Source of the DNA: Camelus ferus | Taxonomy: Eukaryota | Direction: 5' to 3' | Length of the DNA stretch: 64,000 bases | NCBI RefSeq assembly: GCF_009834535.1 | Contig: NC_045696.1 | Span: 61,878,001-61,942,000, forward strand | Shown: piece after piece, positions 25,622-36,600 of the stretch | Numbering within the stretch: position 1 is the stretch's first letter | How the letters are laid out: every line of letters begins with the position of its first letter | Translations under genes and position numbers: made by a program | The notes under the pieces: generated by a model | The model's input: only the letters and a program-made list of their open reading frames with translations | Databases searched by the model: none | Told to the model about the DNA's origin: nothing

Positions 25622-27829
25622 ATATTTTATGATAATGGAATCATATACTGTTTCATAACCTGCTCTTTTTATTCAACAATATGTCATGGAAACCTTCCCA
25701 CATGGGTAAATATAGCTCTGTCCACTTGCTGCTGCAGATCATCCATTATATTCCACTGTGAGTGAAAATATGCATCATCTTTCATTTCATTTCATAAAAT
25801 GCTGGGCATTTAGGTTGTTTCCAGGATTTTGCTGTCACAGAGACTCTTGAACGAACATTATTACATCTTGGTCATTTGTCCACCTGCTGTCTCCAGGCAC
25901 ATTCTAGCAGGCTGATCTTAGAGGAAAACCCCACAGCAGTGGTGGGATCCCACTCTGCTGCCTCATCCCTCTTGCAGATTCTTGTTTTCCAGGAGCTCCT
26001 TTCTGAGGGGCCAGTGGCCTTCATTCCAGGAGCTCAGCAGAGATGCTCTCAGAAAGGAGTTTTTCCCTTGGGCAGCTTTGGGTGGCGGAGCAGGAATGAG
26101 CCCTTGCCCCCAGAGCTGCAAAATTTCCATGTCCAAGTCCAAAAACATGACCAGTTCACATAATCAGTCCTGTGGCGTCTGGTGGGGCTGCAGGTGGCCT
26201 GCAACTCAATGAGGGGCTCGGCTTTGCCTTCTAGCAGACCAGTGGGCCTGGTGGGGCCTAAAGAAACTTGGGCGGAAGGCTGCCAGTGGGCCAGGATGGA
26301 AGCCTGGGCTTGGTGCCTCATTGCTCCTTTCATTGATTAGTGCTTTTATCCAGCAAGCTGGGTTTCTGGTAGGGCTGGGAGTGCAGAACTGAGGAAGACA
26401 AGGCTCACAGTGGGGAGAGGAGAGCCCACAGGCTGGTGGAGTGACTGACAATTCTCAGGCACTTGCGGGGAGAAAGGCTGAGGGTTTGAGGGGTTGATAG
26501 AGGTAGTCACCTCATTATCAGACTGTAGTCTATACCTCAGCCAGGAAAGGCCAATTTAAAAAAAAAAACAAAGTGAAGGTAACTTTCATCAGCATGATTA
26601 CAACTCTCCCTCTTCTCTCAACACTCACATGTAGCTTTTTCCCAAGGGGAGAGACATAGGTGAATCTGCCCATTTAACATTTTCAAAAGGCAGGGTTTCC
26701 TCTGTGCCCCTGCAGTGTGTCCCAAAGTCACAGGCTGGTTTACTGGGGTACAGTGATTCCATCAAGGGCTGGGCTTGGGGCCTGGAGGAGACTTTCCAAA
26801 GAAGGTGGGGAAAATGGGGGTGGAGAGGACAGAAGAGTCCCATAGTCTTGGTGGTGGGATCCTGTGTATGAGGCCCCAAGGTTGTTTCCAGGGAGGTTAG
26901 CTTTCTGGAGCTGACTCCCACCAACGTGACCATGAACTTGGCTGTCATGGTTGCCATTTGTCTCTGCCCAGGAGATGGCCTTAAAAGGTGCTTTTGGTGT
27001 ATTCTTCCTCTTGCTGAGAATAAGGCCTCACCCCTGCTCTTACTCAGGATGCTTAGAGCATTGGCAAGGGCCTTAAGGAATCCATTTCAGGACAGGGCCG
27101 TGGCTGGGCCAATGTCGGAGACGGTGTGGTTTTGAGCAGCTTCTATCCATCTCCCAACCTTTAATAATAGCACTCTGATTTTCCCCTTCCTTCCACAATC
27201 TCAGGCCTTGTACTTCTAAGGGGGGATGGCCCTGCCCCTCAGAACCTCAGCCAATCCACACATCACAGAGGACAATTCATGACCTATCCGACATCAGTCA
27301 GGAGGGTCTTGGGCTTCTCTCCTGCAGTGGCACTAGGCTCTGTCCTTCCCAGGAGCAGCGAGAGCTCCAACTGGCCATCCATGTGACGACACAGGCCGTG
27401 GTGCAGGGCATAGGTCTGCCAAGCTGCCTTGGGGCTTCTTTCAGGGACAAATGTGAACCCCTCCGGGGATGCTCAAGGGCTTATGACAACTGAATTATTG
27501 CTGACACTTCTAGGATCACCCTTCCACTGAACCCTGATACGATACTGACCCCAGGATGTAACCTATTCCCAAGGTGACCTCCTGCCTCATCACTGAAATC
27601 CCCCCTTACACCCAGGCCTGGCACTCTCAGCTGGGACCAGCTCTGGTTCTTGATTATGAACCACAAAAAGGCATCAAGAGACCCTGGAGACTGTTTCATC
27701 CCCACAGGTGAAGAAACAGGGGCCCAGAGAGGCGCCATCACTTTCCCTGAGTCACACAGCCTGCTGCAAAGCCAGGACAGAACCCAAGGACCCCCTCAGG
27801 CCCTTTCCACTGTTGGCACTGTATCTGTT

Positions 27830-28250
27830 AGGCATACATTCAGCTGAAACAATATAAAACAGGATTAGCCATCAGGGAATCAGATTAGAACAGTCCCAGT
27901 CTGGGCTGGACCCCAACATGTCCCTCTTTTGGCTCTGCTCACCTGTGTCCTCTTCCGTGGGCTTGTTGCCTGGCACAGCAAGATGGCTGCTGCATTTTCC
28001 AGCTCTCGTGTCTGGCTTCTGGGCCGGAGAAGAGAGAGGGTGAAGGGCTACGCTAGCCCAGTTGGTTCCTGTGAAAACGCCTTCCTGAAATCCATACCCT
28101 GTAACTTCCACTTGTCTCATTAGCCAGCACTGGGTTGCCTGGCCATCCAAAGTGAATATTTTCAGCTGGGCACATTGCCATTCTGAAGCAAACTGAGGTG
28201 TGCTAGGAAGGAAGAAGGGGAGAGGGTATTGGATGGTCACAGGCAGAGTC
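27830..28250. mobile_element. MaLR MLT1-type LTR fragment
   Basis: caagatggctgctgca...aacttccacttgtctcattagccagcactggg...ttcagctgggcacattgcc. Confidence 0.6.
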
Positions 28251-28789
28251 TGCCAAGAAGCTGCCTGGATTGGGGTTTTCGAGAAGAACGCCCCACCCAG
28301 CAAGTCACCAGGCCCTTCTCTTCATCCCCAAATATCTTAAAGGCTGGCCACAGTAGAGAATATAAAGTGGATTTTTCGGCCAAGTTGGAGGTTTCTGGGG
28401 ACATCCGAGCTAGGAAAGTGGAAGAGGGTTATTCTGACCACACATGCTACTCTTTGAGTGCTTTCTCTTCCTGAAAGCCCTCAATCAGAAACGTGCGGTG
28501 GGGAACGCAGGGGCACGGGACCAGCAGGAGCGAGAGCCACGTGCTGGGGGGACGTCAGGATGCCACGCCCACCCTCAGCTACCTTGTTGGGACCCAGGGG
28601 CTCTGCACTTCGCGTCATCCTGCACATCCCACTCTCCCCATGGAGAGCACGGAGCGTGGTTACAGGTCTGCCCCTCCTTCCAGGCTGGGCCCAGCTCCCT
28701 CCCTGAGGACCTCCTAACCACTGGCCCTTCTCCTCAGACCCCTGAGCCCGCTGGGGTAGCACCAGCCACACTCTCAGGGTGTGCACTGT

Positions 28790-28972
28790 CCTAACAGTGG
28801 TCTTCAAAGTGAGGTGGCCTGACACGCAACATCAGCATCACCTGGGAATTTGCCAGAAATGCACATTTTGGGGCCCCACCCCACCCCGGTGAAATCAGAG
28901 ACTCTGGGTGGGCCCAGCACTCTGTTTAATAAGCCCTCAGTGGTTCTGATGCATCCGTAAGTTCGAGACTCA
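28790..28972. mobile_element. MER5A-like hAT DNA transposon
   Basis: catcagcatcacctgggaatttgccagaaatgca...aatcagagactctggg...tttaataagccctc. Confidence 0.75.
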
Positions 28973-30132
28973 TTAACAAATAATAATGTGCAGGCTGTGA
29001 AATAGCTCCTGGGCTGTTAGCGCCAACTCAAATCAGCTGGGAAAGACAGACATAAATAGAGCCCACCTGGCCCTTCTGCACTTCAGCACCAACCAGGCAA
29101 TAATCCTGGGAAGGCAGATTTTTGAGTCTAAGAATAATTGTTAGAGATAGGAACCACAGAGGGACCATCCAAATCTCTATTTTATAGACTTGGGAACTGA
29201 GATTGAGACAGGAGAAAGTATTTGCCTGAGGTGAACAGCAAAAGTGGAACTAGAATTCAAGTTTCCTGAATCCCAGGTGAGTGGTTTATTTATTTTTTCC
29301 AAATTGAAATATCTTCTAAAAAAATTATAGCATGTATACCTATCGTGTGAATCTTGTACAAGAACATGGTCCAAAAGAATCCATCCTCGACGCAAATGTG
29401 TAAAGAAAGCCCTGGGGAGGGATCTGAAGGTGGGGGTGACCCCATCCTTCATGTGCTATGGAGCCAGGAGGACCTGCCCGTCCTTGTTGAAGGTCACTCA
29501 ACTTCTCACTATCTCTTCTTCCACACACCAGCCCAGTGGCCTCACTAAATGAGCCCAGGAGCAGGGGCAGTAGGCTTTAACTGAACTCCTTGTGTCTTCC
29601 AGAGCCCTAAGAAGAGGGCTGCCAGAGCTGGACAGTTGTCCACATAGCAGGCTGGCGCAACCCAATCATTTTTGGGGTCCAGGACAAGAGCACCCATGGA
29701 GGCCCACCTAGCACGTGGCTGCAAATTTAAAACTTACAAATCAAGTTAACAAACTTAAATGTGTCCTGTCTTCCTACTTTGACAAATAAACTGTTATAAA
29801 GACTCGGCAGACTGGAATATGAGGTTCAGAGGGAACAGGCTCCAACCCATACTTGCAGGGCCTGTGCGCATGCAAGAGGACACTGCCTGTTCATCTAGCT
29901 CCAGCTACACCTCCTCACAAGGGCCACATTTTGACCACAGTTTGGAGGCAGGCCCTGGAGAAGAGACCTGTTCAGACCCTGAAAGCTCAGGACTGCTTGA
30001 GATAAGAATTCCAGGAGCATGGTCTAAAAGATGGGGTATGGGCTTCGGGTGAACAGGTCCCTTTTCCTCGCAGCTCCTCCCACTGTGGGGTTGCTGTGGT
30101 CAGAGAAGAGCTCCAGCAGAGGCCTCCGAGGG

Positions 30133-30292
30133 CTCGCTTCTCAAAATGTGGTCCTTGGACTGGCAGCACAGGCACCACCTGGGAGCTGGTTAGAACGGCA
30201 GCCTTACTTCAGACCTACTGAATCAGAACCAGCAATCTAACAAGATCCCCAGGGGATTCAGGTGCACATCAAGGTTGGAAAAGCACTGTTCT
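30133..30292. mobile_element. MER5A-like hAT DNA transposon
   Basis: ttctcaaaatgtggtcc...cagacctactgaatcagaa...taacaagatccccagg. Confidence 0.75.
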
Positions 30293-30589
30293 AAAGCACA
30301 AAACCTAACACCAAGGTCCCTCTTGCCCAGTTCTAGGAATATTAACAGTAAGCATTAATAAATATTTGCTCAGTGAATGTCCACTATCACCTACATCCGC
30401 TGGGTGGCTGCCTGACTCATGATGCTTTCATCTCTTTCTCTGGGGCCTCAGTGGCCAAGTTTCAGCTCTAGGTCCCGCTGATGGCCTGCGCTGATTGTCA
30501 CAGGAGGACTCACCTGACCCACATTAGGTCAGGAAGATGCTCTCTCCCAGGAACCTGGAACCCAAATTAAGCCGAACAATAAAGCTCTG

Positions 30590-30800
30590 AGAGTAACAGC
30601 AGTGGTAATAGCCAGTGTCTTCCTGCACCTGTTGGGCACTAAGAACAGTGCTAAGTGTTTTACATACAGTATAACCCGATCTTCACCACAGTCTCACTAG
30701 GTTGGTATTATTATTCTGCTTAATTTTTAGATGAGAAGATGTGGCTCAGATGTTAAGTAACTCTCCCGAAGGTTTAAGGAGGGCAGGTGCAGCACCAGCA
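30590..30800 (-). mobile_element. MIR SINE
   Basis: gtgctaagtgttttacat...ttttagatgagaagatgtggctcagatgttaagtaact. Confidence 0.65.
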
Positions 30801-33394
30801 GAGCTGATTGGCTCAAACTGAGCCATGTGGTGCTGAGACAATGTCATCAACTTCCGCTGCCAGGTTATCAGGGTTCCCAGCTTCATGGTGATGGGGTGCT
30901 GTGGTGAGCAAGAGACCCTGCTCCGAGACCCTGCAGGGAGCAAGGGAGGCCTTGGGGCAGAATGAAGGGCAGGAGCCATGGGAGAGGGGAACACAGAGAA
31001 CCTCCACTCCCTGAGCGAGAGCAGGACACCAGCCAAGCCCAGCCCGCCCACCACACTTCAGAGAGCTCCCACTGCGTGGACCTGACCCCTCCTTTCCTTC
31101 TTCCAGTGAGTTAGAAGCCAACTTGCCAAAGAAAGGATGTGGGCGACTTACTTTGGAGACATAGGGTTGGCGGGATGGTGAGGAAGTCTGCATCCTCCTC
31201 TGTATCCCATCCCCAGAGGAGAAGACACCTAAGAGGCCGAGGGGATCAAGGTGGCTAGAATGTGCTGGGATGGCTGAGGCCCTGCACGGGCCAGAGAACC
31301 GGCCAGATTGGAAAAGGGAGTTGGGGGCCTCACTGGCTGGAGGCACAGACTGTTTCCTGACTCTGGCTCTGAGTGGCATCTACCATTCTGGGTGGCAGAA
31401 GGGTGGCCTGAGGCATGTAGGCCTCTGACCACCTAAGAAGAAAAAATCAATTAGCAGCAGCAGGTTTCTATCAGGTTTCTATCCTGGTGCAGGGTTGTTT
31501 GGCTTTATTTGAAAAACAAACCAACATCCTTCATTAACACTAACACAGGGGTGGCCTTCTGCTGTCACCTGACAATTAAACATCACACAGCACTCACACA
31601 GGTCACACCCTTGGTAGGTTCACAGTACAGTGTCACACCCTGGGCAGCACACTGGCCCACGGTGGCCACACAGAAGTATACTTCTTACTGCACAAATCTC
31701 CCTTAAAAAAATCAAACAATCATCAGGTCAGAGAAGACTTGTTGGCTCCTCCAGTGAAGAGGGTACAAACTTGGTAGCTGAGGCTGGCTCCTTCTGGCCC
31801 CTCACAGTGGGGGCTGAGGCCAGGACTCCTCAGGATGGTGTCTGACTATGGCCAGGACACTGCCAGTGGCCTCCTTCCCCACCGAGGATGGAAGGGATCC
31901 AACGCCCACAGGTGGGGGCGAAGCACTGGGAACCAGCCTGTCATCAGCGTCCCCAAGGCCCCCGCAGACTGAGATGCAAATAGCTCCAGGCCCACGCGGC
32001 TCCCAGTCTGCTGACGAGGGTGGCTTGCTCCTGTTTCTTCTCTTTCTTTTCACTTTTTTCAGAGACCAAATCTCAGAGTAAGAGCTGGCAGTTCTGGAAA
32101 CTTTTTCTGGCTTCTCAGACAACTGTGGTAATGATGGAGACCCTCTCCAGGCACTTTCTGCTGACTTGCAGGGGAGGGGAAGGAGGGACTCTTCCTCTGG
32201 AGTGAGTGGTCCTCAGGCCCAGGCAGTACAGGGCTGGGTGAGGAGACCCCGTGCTCACACTTGGGGAGATGGGGCTCCCTTCAGCACCCCACCCAGCCTG
32301 TGGCATCTCTGACAAAGAGAAAGGCAAATCCCCATTTCTAGCTCTTCAGAGGGCCTGTGCTGACTTAGAGACCTTCGCCACCTCCTGCTTCATGGGCTGG
32401 ACACCACTGGGCAGCCCTGGAGGCCAAACTCTTCAGTCCGGAGGCAACTCCTGCAGCTAGAGGTACAAGAGTAGCTCCAGAGTGGTGGACATCACACCGG
32501 GGTAGAAGGGGATGATCTGAGATGAAGCCTAAGAGGAGGAAACGCAGGAGTGGGCATTCCTGCTGACTGGGCTTAACTCCAGAAAAGAGCCCGGTGCAGC
32601 TGAATTCACCACAGGGCAGGGCACACAGAGCAAGTCCAGTTCTGAGGCCTGCTCTTCTTACCACAGACAAGATTTTAGACCCTCAATCCTGCATCAAGCC
32701 CCCTGCCTTGTAAAAATTCTGAGATGCATTTCCTTTGTCTGAGGAGCCCTTGAGGGCTTCATTCCTAGGGTCCAGCCCTGGCCTCCCTGTCCTTCCCAGC
32801 CCGGCACAATCAGGGGTCCAGTGGTCTGCACCACGCCAAGCTGCAGAAGACAAGGACAAAGGGCTTCATGGGCCCAGAAGCTTCGCATACTTGGGGGCCT
32901 GGCTCCAGTCTCATATGGCGACGCCTCAGTGGGCAGCTCAGTGTCCTCTGGAGAAAGGCCGACACAGGGAGTCCAGAGGACAGACGGAGCGGGGGCTGAG
33001 GGGAGGTGCTGGGTGCGTTGTCCATTCTCCAGAGGGGGAGGTGGGAACCAGCAAGGAAGGGCCGGCTGGCCTGTCATCTCACCAGGCCCCCTGGGTGGCT
33101 CCGCAGGACAAGCTCCAGCTGAGAGGGCCGTGTGGGAAGCTCGGGTTCAGACTGTTTCCTTGGTAACGGTCTTTTCCAAACCCAAGCCTGGTGAGGATCC
33201 ATGTGGTGGGAGCCTGCAGATCTGCAGGGAAGCGGCTATGCCAGCCTGTGGGTGGGGTGTGACTGGGAGGCTGGCCAGCGCACCACCTCAGGTAGCAGAG
33301 GGACAGGTGGTGCCTGGGAGGCAGAGGCTGGGTTCCAGCAGGAGAGACCTGCTCAGTCCAGTTGGGGGATTTTTCTTTAACAGTCACAGTCATC

Positions 33395-33400
33395 TTTATT
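33395..33400 (-). terminator. Probable MELTF polyadenylation signal (AATAAA)
   Basis: First minus-strand AATAAA downstream of the stop codon, about 190 nt away. Confidence 0.6.
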
Positions 33401-33589
33401 CCACTTGGAAGGAATCACTGAAACTTCAGTGTCAGAATCGCAGCCCTAAGGAGGTCTATGGTTTCTCACGCTTCGTCTCCCATCACACGTTTCCCTCTGA
33501 GCAGTGTTAACCAGATTTACTGAGAAGAACAGCCTTATTTAGAGAGATTTCTGAACAGGTTTCCATCCCCAGGGAGGGCGAGGCTTGCT

Positions 33590-33672
33590 TCAGAGGGAGG
33601 GCTGGAGGAGGCCGACAGCGAGGGCCAGTGGGAGAAGCAGCAGGAGTGGGAACACCCTGGAGGCAGTGACCC
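33590..33672 (-). CDS. MELTF: MELTF exon 16 coding part (83 nt; [31 protein letters not shown]), GPI-anchor signal
   Basis: ccacag| acceptor in the correct phase; Leu/Pro-rich hydrophobic tail ending in TGA at 33592-33590; too short for the ORF track. Confidence 0.9.
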
Positions 33673-36600
33673 CTGTGGGATTGAACAAATGCAGTTAAGG
33701 CCTCGCTTGAAGCTTGGAGAGTCGAGTTTGTGGCTGGCTGGCACTTGTGTGCAGGACTAGGTGGAGCATATTTCTGTGTACTAACCTCTCTCCAGGCTCC
33801 CTCTTGCTATCCCATTACAATTTTTCTTTCTCCTGATTTCTTTACATATTCATTCCTTTCAAAATGACAGTACATGTATATTTATGCAGTTGCCTGAATC
33901 CTCTTTGAACGATTATTTTTAGCACTTATATTCATTATCCAGGTCTGTCTGGGTTCCACAGCCAGTGTTTCTGCTATAATTGTTCAGACCCTCCCAGGAC
34001 AATTTACCTTGATCATTTGCAAAGACCCAGAGTGCCCTTCAGTTTACTAAAGGTTTTGGGTGAAGGGTTCCGAATGATGCCTGGGGAATGTGCCCACTCT
34101 TCCTCTGTAGGGTGTGGACCCGCCTGTCCAGGGCTCTTGCACCTGCCCTACCTGTGCCAGAGCACTGCTGAGACAGCATCCCTTCCAGAGCCGCCACATA
34201 GTCCTGGCCCAGCCAGTCATGGTACGTGGTTTTCTCTCCCACAGGCACTGCCCGGATGGTAGCATCCTTGAAAAGCAGGTCCTGGCCATGATAGTTGGAG
34301 GAGTCGAACATTTTGAACCCATTCTTATTGTGGTCATCTCCAAACAGGTCCTGGAAGCACACAGCAGAACTGCTTTGCATCTGGGCTCACAAATGGTCAC
34401 CCAGGTGCCACTTGCCATTAACTGCTTTACACACCGTGAACCAAGGCGCAAGGAAAGTCAGGTGCCAAGACTCTGCTTGGAAATCATAAGGTTGACAACT
34501 CATTGACCTCTGTCACCAAAGGGGATTTGGAGTAAGAGATGACCATAGCCACCACTGTATGACAGCCACTCAGAAATATCACACCAAACTAGCTCTTGGA
34601 TACAGAACTGAAGCCTGAGACTTACATGAAGAAAGACCTGTAAATAAGAGATGATGTGGATGAGATTACTGAGGGCTTTGCTAGGCCTGCCCAGCATTAG
34701 GCAGCCTTTTCTACCAGGCTTCCTCACTCTGTCTTACAGGTGTCCTTTACTCCAAACCAAAATGATTTCATAAGAGAGCCTTTTGTTCTGTCACTAGTAC
34801 TAAGAAAGTCCTAGACGAGTTGAATATCCTTTATTAACCCACTCAGCTAGTGCGCAAGACATTCTTGCAAGAGCTATTCTCTTCCCTGTGGAGGGTCCTC
34901 AGGATAGGTGTGCTCTGGCTCCACCCTGAGAGAGCCAGTAAAAAGACCAGAAGGGGCGTGAGAAATTATAAATACATAAAGGACATCCAGAGCACAGGGA
35001 CAAATGACTGTGTCAGCTTTTCAATACTGACCAAGGGGGAAAGAAAGAGTAAGGTGGCTATTAATCTCTCTGGGGCGACTCATGAATCCTCTTGAGGAGC
35101 TAATGAAAACTCTGAGTCTTCCCTCCAGAAAAGTACACAACCACACAGGGTTCTTCTCCCATATCACTTTGGAGGGTTTGGGGATCCCTGGGGAACCCAG
35201 GGACCCAGAGTCAAGAACTCCTGGGACAGAGGGACTCCACGTGGGAACATGAGAGTAAACATAATTTCAACTTTTAGAAACTGGCCTGGAGAGCCAACTG
35301 GCTCTGCAAATCTGCAGTGCTTTATGGGTGGAGGGAAAGGTCAACTTCAGCCTACATCAGGTTGAGGGTGGGTAGAGGGGGAGGTTGGGAACCAGGGGCT
35401 ATGTTGTCAGACAGCCTGAGTTCAAACTGTAGATGTGTTTAAAAGTGTGACCAATAGGATTTGCTGATGGACTGGAAATAGAGCATGAGAGGAAGACGAG
35501 CCCGAGCTGATTCCTGAGGAAATGGAAAGGCTAAAGCTGCTGTTCCCTGAAGTGGGGGAGATGGAGGAGAAAGAGGAGTCCAAGATAGATTTGTTCAGTT
35601 GGAGAGGCCTTAGAAATATCGGTCAAAATTTCAAGCAGGCAGTTGTTAAAGATGCAAGTGTGAGTCTGAAGGGTGGGTCTGAAGCAGGGCTGAAGATGTA
35701 CATTTAGGAGGCATCAGTGTGTAGACAGCAGTTAATGACCTGGGGCTGGATGAGATCAGCAGGGGTGTAGGTGCTGACAGAGGAGAGGATTTAGGATTGC
35801 ACCCCAGGGCACTCCAGTGGTTACTGGCCCAGGAAAGGAGGAAGAACCAGCAAAGGAGACTGGGAGGAGTGCCCAGAGAGGCAGGAGGAGAGCCAGGACA
35901 GTGTGCGGCTCTGGGAGCCAAGGGGGAAACTGCTTCCAGGAGGGAGGTGAACTTCAGGAAGAGGGAGCTGCAGCCAATGCTGCTGAGAGGTCAGGGAGAG
36001 GCAGGCTGCGAAACAGCCACTGGATTTAGCAACATGGGTCACTGTGACCTTGACCAGGACAGTTTCATGGTCCTGGTGAGGCCCATCTATAGTATCCATC
36101 CTTAAGAGAGAGACCAGAGGAGAGGAACTGATGACCCCAGAGTAGAGACAGCTCTTTGAAGGAGTTTTGCTGTAAAGGGGAGTGGGGTTATGGCCAAGCA
36201 GGAGGGTTCATTTGTTTTTACAAGATGGTAGAAATAACATGTTTGTATGTTGATGAGAATAGTCCAACTGGGAAAGGAAAATTAATGATGTAGGAGACCA
36301 ACCAAGGGGATAGTGGTTGGAGGCATGGCCCTGGCTAAGTGAAAATCACAGAATTTCCCCTCAGGCTTCCTCAGCTTCTCCTGAGGTCTGCTCCAGGTAA
36401 ACTGAGGCATCCCGTGGGCTTGGCCCACCTCTGTCGCCCTCCCCATAGTGAGGTAGCCCCTGCCCTGGCTCACCTGGGCCTTGTCCAGCAGTCCATACAC
36501 AGTGAAGATGTTGGTGTCTGGCCGGACCATGACGGCATGGGACGGTATCTGTGCCAGGTTGCAGGCTGCGAACTGGGACACCTCGGCCCGGGCCCCATTG

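Noticed and set aside
32821..33510. 229-aa plus-strand ORF overlapping the MELTF 3' end
   Set aside because: It has a non-ATG start, G/P/R-rich composition and no recognisable domain, which is typical of a chance ORF in GC-rich DNA.
34039..34151. ORF reading through the exon 15 donor to give an alternative C-terminus ([11 protein letters not shown]...KPLVN)
   Set aside because: A good donor and a proper GPI-encoding exon 16 exist. Short read-through into an intron is expected by chance, and I have no transcript evidence.
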